Assembly: GCA_012838545.1 (NCBI GenBank)
Contig: DUPC01000017.1
Coordinates: 9,202-73,201 of the forward strand
DNA from: Acholeplasmataceae bacterium
GTDB taxonomy: Bacteria; Bacillota_I; Bacilli_A; ML615J-28; CAG-313
Length of the DNA: 64,000 nt
Direction of reading: 5' to 3'
Shown here: positions 38,768-47,603 of the stretch, in pieces
Numbering within the stretch: the first letter of the stretch is position 1
Layout of the letters: each line of letters begins with the position of its first letter
Notes under the pieces: model-generated
The model's input: the letters and a program-made list of their open reading frames with translations, nothing else
Database searches by the model: none
Told to the model about the DNA's origin: nothing
Made by a program: the position numbers and the translations under genes

Positions 38768-39086
38768 TTACATACTTTCTAAAAAAATTATAGCACCGAC
38801 ATAAAATTTGTGCCAAACAATTTTTTAAAAAAATAAAAAAAATCTTTTTTTAACTTTTTTTCTTTAAGCCGACACAAGAAATCCTAATTTCAAAAGCTAA
38901 TATAGGTTTTTTTTCTTTTTCTTGATTTCACCAAAAAGGGGACAATGTGATTTCCAACAAAACCATGTTTGAAGTTTTGATTCCATTATAGTTACATACC
39001 TTAAAGCCCCTAAAATCTATCCAAGAAAAAAAACGAAATAACCGGCAAACAGAAAGTCTACTCGATTTTTTCGTCTTTTTTGTTTT

Positions 39087-39791
39087 TTAGGCAATATTGT
39101 ACAACTTGTAGTTTTTGGTATAGGGTTGAGGAAGCAATCTGATTTTGGCAAAACCAGTCATTCGCGGTGCGGGATAGTTTGGATTATAACCAATCAAATT
39201 GACATACCGGATGATATCATCCTGTTCTTCGATCATGCTTGATAGGATATACACAAGACTCATGACATCGTCCAAAGCGCGATGGCTGTTCTTTACCACT
39301 TCTTCCAAATTATAAGCTGTTATGGCATTCGCCAAACGGTGCGGATACGGACGGCGATCCCTGAATACCGTTAAAGTGTCCAAACAATCGACTCTGTCGA
39401 TTACTTTTCGGTAGAGGGGATCGTAAAACAATTGATACAAAAAACCTAAATCAAAGAGGATATTATGGGCAATGATTAAAGTCTTTTCGTGTTTAGCCAT
39501 TATCTGATAAAGACTATTCCTGGCATCGCTTAACGGAATCCCCGATTCACTCAGCATCTTGGAAGTAATTCCGGTGATTTGCGTAATTTTGCTTGGGACG
39601 AAAGAGTGTTTGTTCAATTGAACAAGCGTGCTTAAAGTTACGGGCTCGTCATTGTCCTTTTCCAAACAAACTGCCCCAATTTCAATAATATCGTCCCTCC
39701 ACGGACTTAGTCCTGTAGTCTCAAAATCAAAAAAGACCAAAGCATCATAGTTGGCAAACAAGCTTTTTAGGTTTTCTTGATAATTTTCCAT
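39087..39791 (-). CDS. DEDDh 3'-5' exonuclease (DnaQ/PolC-exo-like, stand-alone)
   Basis: FDFETTG, AHNILFD and HRALDD. Confidence 0.9.
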   Translation of the reverse strand: MENYQENLKSLFANYDALVFFDFETTGLSPWRDDIIEIGAVCLEKDNDEPVTLSTLVQLNKHSFVPSKITQITGITSKMLSESGIPLSDARNSLYQIMAKHEKTLIIAHNILFDLGFLYQLFYDPLYRKVIDRVDCLDTLTVFRDRRPYPHRLANAITAYNLEEVVKNSHRALDDVMSLVYILSSMIEEQDDIIRYVNLIGYNPNYPAPRMTGFAKIRLLPQPYTKNYKLYNIA

Positions 39792-39884
39792 AAAATCCTC
39801 CTTTTGTTGGTTAGATAGCTGATAAAATCAAAAATAAGGCCGATTTTGGGCCGAAATCGGAAGTTTTTAGTCAAATTCGATAAA

Positions 39885-40322
39885 TTACCCGTTCCGGGTG
39901 GTAGATGTTGTTTTGGAATAGGTCATCAACGTGATTTTGTCCGTCCCGATTTCCTGCCTGAAGTAATTGATGACATTATAAGGGTATTCGGTAAAATGCT
40001 CAATCGAGGAACATACAATAATCGTGGTTGCCTTTAACGCTTTGGCAATCGGAACCGAAAAGCGAGCGTTTTGGGCGGTGGTTAAAGACTGATCTTCTTT
40101 AATCAAAATTTCGGGATTAATTTTCTTGGCCACCAAATACTCTTCCATCCTTTGAGCTTCGGATACATTGGCGACTGGGTTTGCCACCCCGCCGGAAAGA
40201 ATAATCTTATCCGGGTTTAAATCATTAATTAGTTCCAGGGTTAAATTTAACCTTTCTTCCATTTTTTGGGAAATGGTACCGTCATCATTGATACGGTTAC
40301 CTAAAATAATAGCAACTTTCAT
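39885..40322 (-). CDS. YdcF/DUF218 family protein
   Basis: IILGN, IILSGG, SEAQRM and EDQSLTTAQNA. Start MKVAI at 40322 after AAGGAG. Confidence 0.85.
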   Translation of the reverse strand: MKVAIILGNRINDDGTISQKMEERLNLTLELINDLNPDKIILSGGVANPVANVSEAQRMEEYLVAKKINPEILIKEDQSLTTAQNARFSVPIAKALKATTIIVCSSIEHFTEYPYNVINYFRQEIGTDKITLMTYSKTTSTTRNG

Positions 40323-40384
40323 ACTTACTCCTTTATCCATTCGGTCGGCATTTTTACTAAAAAAGTGAATAATTCGCTTGGCAA

Positions 40385-40413
40385 TTTATACCATCTTTTT
40401 TGATTTGTGTCAA
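40385..40413 (-). promoter_or_regulatory. SigA-type promoter of the ydcF-like/exonuclease genes
   Basis: TTGACA-N17-TATAAA. Confidence 0.65.
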
Positions 40414-40562
40414 TTTTAAGACTGCTGAGCCGCTTAAAAAACGACTGGAAAAGATTATTTCAAGTATCAAAAAGGTTTTTCTCAAAGTGCAATTTCCTGT
40501 AAATTATACCACGTTTCGACTTTTTTTGCTTTCATTTTATTTAAAATTTCTTTTGGAAATTT

Positions 40563-40592
40563 AAAAAAGAGACCCCATATTCATGAAGTCTC
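40563..40592 (-). terminator. Terminator at the 3' end of the mannan locus
   Basis: GAGAC/GTCTC stem followed by a T6 run on the minus strand, 25 nt after the manA stop. Confidence 0.55.
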
Positions 40593-40617
40593 GTTATTAA
40601 ACATTAATGTCTTAATA

Positions 40618-41547
40618 TTATGACGGTTTTATCAAAGCAATTTTTCCCATCCCTTTTATTTCTATTTTCTCGCAATTAGTGGTAATAATAAAGCTTTCGC
40701 CCCTTTTCACTTGGTTATCCAAGACATTTATTTGTCCATCGATAACCGTCACGATATGCATTTTTGCTTTCTTGTTTTGCATCGTTTTTTCATGTTTCAC
40801 ATTAATCAATTCTACCGTAAAATATGGATTATGATCCAAGACGATATCTTCCTCAAAACCCAAATAATCGGTATCGTCTTCTTTTATTTTTTTATCGAAT
40901 CTGATGACATCAAGTGCTTTTTCAATGTGAAGTTCTCTTTTTTGAAAGTTATTGTCCAAACGATTATAATCAAAAATGCGATAGGTCGTATCCGATGATT
41001 GTTGAATTTCTAAAATGACGATTCCCTTGCCCAGGGAATGAACAACTCCGGGACTGATAAAGCGATACATGCCTTTTTTAACCGGATAGTAGTTTAATAG
41101 TTCGGTAATTGTATTGTTTTTGATCGCTTCAAAAAACTCTTGCTTAGTTTTCGCTTTGTGTCCCAAAACTATTTTACTGTATGGTTCGGCTTCCAAAACC
41201 AGCCACCCTTCCGCTTTTCCTTGATCGGTTGAGTTTTTTACGTCTTCATCCGAGGGGTGAACTTGAATGCTTAAATCATCGCTGGTAGCGATAAATTTAA
41301 CCAACAAAGGAAAGGTAGGGTTTTGAATTCCAAATAAAGAGCGCTTTGTTTGATAAACTTCATTTAATGTTTTTCCTTGCCATGGTCCGTTTTTGATGAT
41401 AGCGGAGCCCTCAGGATGTCCCGAGGCACTCCACAATTCACCAATGAGGCTCGAACTGGTTGTTAGTCCCAATCTATCTTTAAAGTAGGTGCTTCCCCAA
41501 ATTTTCTCTTTGAGCACGCCACTTAAAAATAACACTTTTTCGTCCAT
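40618..41547 (-). CDS. manA: Mannose-6-phosphate isomerase, class I
   Basis: KEKIWG, GELW, FPLLVKFI, LSIQVHP, KAEGW, PGVVHSLG and EIQQSSDTTYRIFDY. Confidence 0.95.
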   Translation of the reverse strand: MDEKVLFLSGVLKEKIWGSTYFKDRLGLTTSSSLIGELWSASGHPEGSAIIKNGPWQGKTLNEVYQTKRSLFGIQNPTFPLLVKFIATSDDLSIQVHPSDEDVKNSTDQGKAEGWLVLEAEPYSKIVLGHKAKTKQEFFEAIKNNTITELLNYYPVKKGMYRFISPGVVHSLGKGIVILEIQQSSDTTYRIFDYNRLDNNFQKRELHIEKALDVIRFDKKIKEDDTDYLGFEEDIVLDHNPYFTVELINVKHEKTMQNKKAKMHIVTVIDGQINVLDNQVKRGESFIITTNCEKIEIKGMGKIALIKPS

Positions 41548-41579
41548 TCTTTAGGCCTCTGTTTTAAAGGAGAAAAACA

Positions 41580-44500
41580 TTAGTAAAATTTCTTTACAAG
41601 ACTGATGTTATCAAACTTTAAGATTCCTTGGGCATCCGGATTGACATTGAGTTGAAGCGACACTTCTACCGTATCGTCTTTGAGAGCGGAAACAGGTATA
41701 TATATATAGGTTCCTTCAACCAAATCATTGATGCTTCCGATAACCATCGAGGAAATCTCCGAAAATTGCGAGCCGCGATATTCGAAAGCTTGGAATTTGT
41801 TAACGTTCACCAGGTTATCGGCTTGTACCCAAATGGCAATGTATTTTGCGCCAAGCGGAATATCTTCTTTTTTGATTTTAAAGCGAATGCCGCTTACGCT
41901 TCCGTTTTGGAAAGAAAATTCTTGTTGAACGTATTTATTGTCATCTTCGACAACCAATTGTCCGTTTATTTTTACGAAAGAACCAGTACCGATTCTAAAG
42001 CCAACAACAGGGTCGTCTGTGGCAGCTTGGAAAGCTTCGTCGTTTTCAAAGCCTTCAAAATCTTCAATCATTTTGTATCCAAAAGAAGTTACCAATTCTT
42101 TTGAGAAGAGAATATCGTCAAAGTAAAGTTGGCCGCTGGCGCTTCCGCCGATATTGATGACAAGCGATAATTGAACGGTATCAGATTTGAGGGCGGTTAC
42201 CGGAATATGAACGTAGGTGCCTTCGACTAAATTACTGACACTGCCGATTAGGCTGCTGGAAATTTCGGTGTGATTTCCGTCACTATTGTAAACAAAGGCT
42301 TGGAACTTATTGATATATTCGGTAGTGGTTGCACGAACATAGAATACAAGATATTGAATGTTGGCAGGGACTGCGGCTGGGGACATTTTGATTCTGATTC
42401 CACAAGTGCTTCCGCCGACATATTGAATATTTTGTTCGATCAACTTGTTTCCGTCAACGCTAAGAAGTGTTCCATTTCCTTTAACAAAGTTTCCAGAACC
42501 GATTCTTAATCCTACAACTATGTCATCGGTTGCAGCTTGGAAAGCATCGTTATCTGCAAACCCTTCAAAATCTTCGAGGATTACGGTTTCCGGCAATTCT
42601 TCATCGCTGCTACCAAGCACACCCTCAGTAGAAATTAGTTTAAATTGTTTGAAGGTAATTTGTTGAGGAGCCGTTGCATTGACCAAACTTTCTTCCCAAC
42701 CAAAGTCAATTTCGAAGGTACAGCCATTTACGTTGGTATTTTCGATTGTAAAGATATATTCATAAACATGGCCCCCGCCGACAAGGCCGACTCGGTGTTT
42801 GTTATAATCGCTTTCACTATCAAAACCGGTAATCTTTTGGCCTTCGCCATCCACAAAGTAGATTAGGATATCGCGTGGAAGTTCCACATCCGCTTCGATA
42901 ATCAACTTGAAGGTTTCGCCCGCTACCAAGTTAATGTTTCCATCGCATTTGATATGAACAGCCGATGCCCACCAATTGGATGATGGCGAATAGTTAATAA
43001 CCGCTTGACCGTTTGGATAAGAAATTGTGCTCTCCGATCCGCCCGCTGATAACCAGGAAATCTTTTGGATGATATCAATATAGGCACCGTCATAGAAATC
43101 CGGAGCGGTTTCTTCCACGGTAAAGAGAACGGTTTTGGTTGTTTCGTTTCCGGCTTTATCGCTTACAGCATAAGTTACATTGAATTCGCCTACATTTACA
43201 ACTTTTCCGGTTGCATCCAAGAATTGTTCCAAACCACTGATGTTTTCCAGCTTTAAGTCAATGACGCCGTCGTAGTTGTCATAGGCTTTTACTCCTAATA
43301 ATGGATTGTAAGTATCGCCGACAAATAGTTTTTGATTTATTGCCCCCACCAGTTTTGGCGCAGATTCGTCGGAAACGGTAATAACAAGCGTTAGTACATT
43401 GGAATCGTTGCCCGAAGAATCTTTGGTACTAATCTTGACTGTATATTCTCCCGGTTGTGGATTTTGATAATTCAATCCGCCAAAGTCAATCATGCTTGGC
43501 GTAAACGGAATAACCCCATCCACATCGTCGGTTACAGTAATATACCCCGCAAGCAAAGTAATGAATTCGGTTAAATCGTAACCTTCTTTAACCGGCATCA
43601 TCGCCTCAATCATGGCAAGCGCTTCTGGAGAAATAGTGATGACCGGTCCAGTAGTATCGACTTGTTCAATGACGTTGATGGTAATGGTTTCGGTGGTTGT
43701 GGCACCGTGGCTATCGGTTACCGTAAAGGTGACTGGGTATTGACCAGGAACATTCATGTCTAGGTCGCCGATATTAATCATTTCGTCAGTTATTTCGAAT
43801 GCCCCGTCTTCTAAGTCGGTAGCCGTGAAGTAAGTTTTAAAGTCAGGTATTGGCGAACCCTTAATTAGCGTTGTTGGCTTGCCGCTAACCAAAGTGATGA
43901 CAGGTGCTTCGTTGTAGTTGGTTAATTTATAGAATTGAGCATTGTCAATCATGATTGTGTTGTCACTTTCGTTGGCATTGTAATCTATAGCACCCAAATG
44001 GATTTCAAATTTCACGTTTTTGCTTCCTACCGAAGATTGGCTGGCGTGGACATAGAAGATGTAGTAAATCGTCGTCCATTCGGTTCTGACCCAATATTTT
44101 GGTTCGCGGAAACCGAAGTCTTCAATCCAAGGCGATGCCCAAAGTTCCAATCCGGCGCGAATGGCAAGCCGACGTTCTTTGGTACCCTTGACATCCATTT
44201 TGAAGAGATACCAATGACCACCTTCCAGCTTGTCGGTGCTCAAACCGCTGATATATGGACTGTTGGCTGAACCCCAGTTACCGGCTTGTACAATTTCTGC
44301 CACCAATGCTCCATCGACAAACGACATATTGATGATACCGTCGCCACCGGTCGATTGAATGAATTGGGTATTGGTTTCGCCATCAAAATAAGGGTCCTTG
44401 ATAATTTCGGTTTCGTAACTCCTTGCAACAATTAAGGTTCTTTCCAGTTTTCCGTTATTGCCGAAAGAATCGGTAGCGGTAACATTAACGGTATAAGTAT

Positions 44501-45611
44501 CAGGAATGTCCAAATCAATTTCGCCAAAATCAACCGTTAATTTTGATGTAAGATTACCGTCAAGGTTGTCCATAGCGGTGACGCCGCGCAACAATTCCTC
44601 AAGCACCACTTCCAGCGGAGCTCCTACCGGAACACAAACCTCTTTGTTTTCTTCAATCTCAACCACAGGTGCTTCTTCATCCGCAAACCCCGCAAAATAC
44701 ATCTTTACGGTTTCAAACGTTACGGTTGCATCTCCTGGTTCAAAAGTAAAGGTTAATTCCGCTTCTTCCAAAGGTTCGGTGATTCTGAAGTATTTGACGT
44801 ATTCTTGCATTTCGGTAGTGATTTCAATTTCATCAGGTGAAGTTGTAGCCCCGGTTAAGCTTAATGCAACCTTTTTGTTGACGGTAGCCCCGGCTTTAAA
44901 GACAACTTTGACAAACGAGAAGTAATGTGGTTGGTTGACTTGACCGCCGTATAATTCCGGTATTCGGGACACGGTTGCGGTTTCGCCCACTTGAACCACT
45001 TTGCCATCAAAGACGCCTTCGATTTCATCAACCGGGATAAAGCTGAATTCGCCTAAGCTCACGGTAATGGTTCTGGTCTTTTCTGCAACATTACCCGCTT
45101 CATCGCTCACTTGGTAAGCAATCTGGTATTCCCCTTCTTCCCAAAGATTGACTTCGCCGGTGTAGGTGATGTTAGCGGTGACATCGCCGTCGATATTATC
45201 TTCAGCGCTGACGTTTATCATTGGGGTAAAGTTAGGGTCACCGATAAATACCTCTGCATCATTTACTCCAAAGAGCACCGGAGGAACGGTATCGGTATAA
45301 ACAACCGTGACTTTCCGTTTGACGGTTATGGTATTACCATAAGAGTCGGTAACCGAATAAGTCACAATGTATTCCCCAACGACATTGACATTTACTTTTG
45401 ATGCGTCAACGGTTACAGCCGAAACGTCGATGTCGCCGTCTTCTTTGTCTTTTACTGACACCCCATCAAGAGGAAGGAAAGGCGTGCCTTTTTCAATAAC
45501 AATATCCTCGACGCCGTAAAAGCGCGGTTTGCTATCTAATGTCAAATCACATGAGGTCAAAATTACAAGGATAAACATTAAAAATCCAAAAAACAACAGT
45601 TTCTTTCTCAT
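41580..45611 (-). CDS. 1343-aa surface lipoprotein: multiple DUF5011/HYR-like Ig domains, CBM-like jelly-roll domains, two tandem C-terminal repeats; no catalytic domain recognised
   Basis: Lipobox LTSC. About six Ig modules of the type GVxAxDxxDGDxT...G.Y.VTY.VxDxxGN. CBM4/9-like segment YWLFKMDVKGTKER-like (HWYLFKMDVKGTKERRLAIRAG). Two ~170-aa EDFEGF..AFQAATDD repeats. Confidence 0.8.
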   Translation of the reverse strand: MRKKLLFFGFLMFILVILTSCDLTLDSKPRFYGVEDIVIEKGTPFLPLDGVSVKDKEDGDIDVSAVTVDASKVNVNVVGEYIVTYSVTDSYGNTITVKRKVTVVYTDTVPPVLFGVNDAEVFIGDPNFTPMINVSAEDNIDGDVTANITYTGEVNLWEEGEYQIAYQVSDEAGNVAEKTRTITVSLGEFSFIPVDEIEGVFDGKVVQVGETATVSRIPELYGGQVNQPHYFSFVKVVFKAGATVNKKVALSLTGATTSPDEIEITTEMQEYVKYFRITEPLEEAELTFTFEPGDATVTFETVKMYFAGFADEEAPVVEIEENKEVCVPVGAPLEVVLEELLRGVTAMDNLDGNLTSKLTVDFGEIDLDIPDTYTVNVTATDSFGNNGKLERTLIVARSYETEIIKDPYFDGETNTQFIQSTGGDGIINMSFVDGALVAEIVQAGNWGSANSPYISGLSTDKLEGGHWYLFKMDVKGTKERRLAIRAGLELWASPWIEDFGFREPKYWVRTEWTTIYYIFYVHASQSSVGSKNVKFEIHLGAIDYNANESDNTIMIDNAQFYKLTNYNEAPVITLVSGKPTTLIKGSPIPDFKTYFTATDLEDGAFEITDEMINIGDLDMNVPGQYPVTFTVTDSHGATTTETITINVIEQVDTTGPVITISPEALAMIEAMMPVKEGYDLTEFITLLAGYITVTDDVDGVIPFTPSMIDFGGLNYQNPQPGEYTVKISTKDSSGNDSNVLTLVITVSDESAPKLVGAINQKLFVGDTYNPLLGVKAYDNYDGVIDLKLENISGLEQFLDATGKVVNVGEFNVTYAVSDKAGNETTKTVLFTVEETAPDFYDGAYIDIIQKISWLSAGGSESTISYPNGQAVINYSPSSNWWASAVHIKCDGNINLVAGETFKLIIEADVELPRDILIYFVDGEGQKITGFDSESDYNKHRVGLVGGGHVYEYIFTIENTNVNGCTFEIDFGWEESLVNATAPQQITFKQFKLISTEGVLGSSDEELPETVILEDFEGFADNDAFQAATDDIVVGLRIGSGNFVKGNGTLLSVDGNKLIEQNIQYVGGSTCGIRIKMSPAAVPANIQYLVFYVRATTTEYINKFQAFVYNSDGNHTEISSSLIGSVSNLVEGTYVHIPVTALKSDTVQLSLVINIGGSASGQLYFDDILFSKELVTSFGYKMIEDFEGFENDEAFQAATDDPVVGFRIGTGSFVKINGQLVVEDDNKYVQQEFSFQNGSVSGIRFKIKKEDIPLGAKYIAIWVQADNLVNVNKFQAFEYRGSQFSEISSMVIGSINDLVEGTYIYIPVSALKDDTVEVSLQLNVNPDAQGILKFDNISLVKKFY

Positions 45612-45668
45612 AATTTTTCCTTTCTGTTTAATTTTTTTTTCCTAGTTTTTAAAGTTGTATTAATTGGT

Positions 45669-46607
45669 TTATAAACCAGTAATACCTGAACGATCGGCGC
45701 TTTCGATAAACCACTTCTGACAAATGAAATACATAATCAAAAGCGGAAAAATCGAAAGCAATGTTCCTGCAAACAACACCCCTTGATTGAAGACATCGCT
45801 CGCCCCCGCAAGCCCCAAGTTCTCAGTTCGATACAAGGTTTCATAAAGTGTTTTAAAGTCAATGAGGGCCATCGGAAGGGTGGTGTATTTTGTTTGCAAA
45901 TACATTTTGGTTAAAGTTGTTTCATTCCAATACCAGACAAAGGAATAAAGAAAGCTGATTAAGAACGCTGGTATCGACATCGGAACCGCTATTTTGATAT
46001 AAACCTGAATCGAGGTTGCACCATCTATTTCGGCGGATTCCGTAAGTTCATGGGGAATTGCTTTGAAAAACTGATAAAAGAGAAGGATAAAGATAACTTG
46101 TCGCAACCCAAATCCCGTTAGGGCTGGGTAAATTAAAGACCATAAGGAATCGAGGATTCCCAGTTTTTGATAGGTCAAATAGGTTGGGATACTGATTAAA
46201 ACCGACGGTACCAAAAAAACTACCAGCAGTAGCGCCATCCACACGCTTTTGCCGGGGATTTGGTGACGGGCAAACCCGTAGCCGATGAAAGCGGAACTGA
46301 CAACCGCTATCAAACTAGGAATCGTTGCCACCAAAAAGGTATCCCAAAGACTTGGCCAAAACTTAAGCGTGGCAATGGCTTTTTGAAAATTGGTTACGGT
46401 TAATTTGGTAGGAATCCACAAAACCGTCGAATCAATCAAATCTTCCAAGCCCATCAAACTTTTAACTAACATTTGCAGTAGAGGATATAAGAAGATGAAA
46501 CTTATGCCAATCAATAAGCAGTAGGTAAAAACCATATTGACAATACCGCTTCGGTGATAATTGCCAAAAAGCATTACTTTAAGTTGTTTTTTGTTAATCT
46601 TTTTCAT
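45669..46607 (-). CDS. Carbohydrate ABC transporter permease (MalG-like)
   Basis: SAFIGYGFAR, ELTESAEIDGA and FLYSFVWYWNE. Confidence 0.93.
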   Translation of the reverse strand: MKKINKKQLKVMLFGNYHRSGIVNMVFTYCLLIGISFIFLYPLLQMLVKSLMGLEDLIDSTVLWIPTKLTVTNFQKAIATLKFWPSLWDTFLVATIPSLIAVVSSAFIGYGFARHQIPGKSVWMALLLVVFLVPSVLISIPTYLTYQKLGILDSLWSLIYPALTGFGLRQVIFILLFYQFFKAIPHELTESAEIDGATSIQVYIKIAVPMSIPAFLISFLYSFVWYWNETTLTKMYLQTKYTTLPMALIDFKTLYETLYRTENLGLAGASDVFNQGVLFAGTLLSIFPLLIMYFICQKWFIESADRSGITGL

Positions 46608-46616
46608 ATCTTTCTC

Positions 46617-47603
46617 CTACCGATACTTCCTAGAGGAAAGTCGAATAATTAAGGTATAAAACCCGATGACACCGACTTCGATAAAGAAGAGTATCCATGC
46701 CAGAGCCGAAGCATACGGACGGCCGTATAACGCAGGGGTTGCAACGCACTGATTGATTAAGGCAATCAATTGATTGTTGGAAAGATTGGCATAAAGGACC
46801 GTAGTGTAAATAATATTGATTATCATGATGGGGAAGACAGAAGGAAGGGTTACCTTCCAAAAAGTATCCCACCTCGAAGCGCCGTCAATTGAAGCAGCTT
46901 CGAGAATCGATTTATCGTTTTTTTGTAAAGCAATTAAGAAAATTAAGGTCTGAACACCGCTGAGCCAAAGAATGAGAATGATCTTGCCGAAAGCACCCAG
47001 GATTATCGCTGAAATGAATCTTGGGAAAAAGTAAGTAATCGTTTCGCTAATTTTACCGTAAGCGATACTCGGCATGGTTAATAGACCATAATCATTAAAG
47101 TAACCCAATAAGCTTCCGCTTAAAAGGATGACCGGAATAAAGAAGATTATTTTGAAAATACCGATGCCCTTTATTTTACGGTTTAACAATAGAGCCAAAA
47201 TTAAGGCAAAGATTACCACAAGCGGTACCACTAAGGCAATATCCGCCAAGGTGGAAAGGATGGTTTCCACATGAACGGGGTTGTTTTTAAAGATGGCAAT
47301 ATATTGTTTTAAACCAAACCCTTCGGTAACCATTCGTACTTCCGAAGTCTCTGGGTAAAAAACCGATCTGTGAGAATCTGCCATACTGAGCCTAAAGGAT
47401 TGCGCAACTTGATAAACCCCAAAAACGGCGAGTCCGACAATCCAAGGCAAAATGTAAAGATAGCCTTGCACCATTTTTTTCTTTTTATTGGGCAATTTTT
47501 GGTATCGTTCAATTAATAGGGATAGCATTTTTTTGAACCATTTAATTGGTGGTAAAATGATTTTTTTAGTGAATTCTTTAATTTTTTGCCAAACTTTCTT
47601 CAT
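46617..47603 (-). CDS. Carbohydrate ABC transporter permease (MalF-like)
   Basis: YLYILPWIVG, IFFIPVIL and EAASIDGASRWDTFWKVTLP. Confidence 0.93.
   Translation of the reverse strand: MKKVWQKIKEFTKKIILPPIKWFKKMLSLLIERYQKLPNKKKKMVQGYLYILPWIVGLAVFGVYQVAQSFRLSMADSHRSVFYPETSEVRMVTEGFGLKQYIAIFKNNPVHVETILSTLADIALVVPLVVIFALILALLLNRKIKGIGIFKIIFFIPVILLSGSLLGYFNDYGLLTMPSIAYGKISETITYFFPRFISAIILGAFGKIILILWLSGVQTLIFLIALQKNDKSILEAASIDGASRWDTFWKVTLPSVFPIMIINIIYTTVLYANLSNNQLIALINQCVATPALYGRPYASALAWILFFIEVGVIGFYTLIIRLSSRKYR

Noticed and set aside
40420-40560. Possible sRNA or riboswitch between the ydcF-like gene and the manA terminator
   Set aside because: It has an extended -10-like box and only a weak hairpin, with no recognisable RNA family or terminator.
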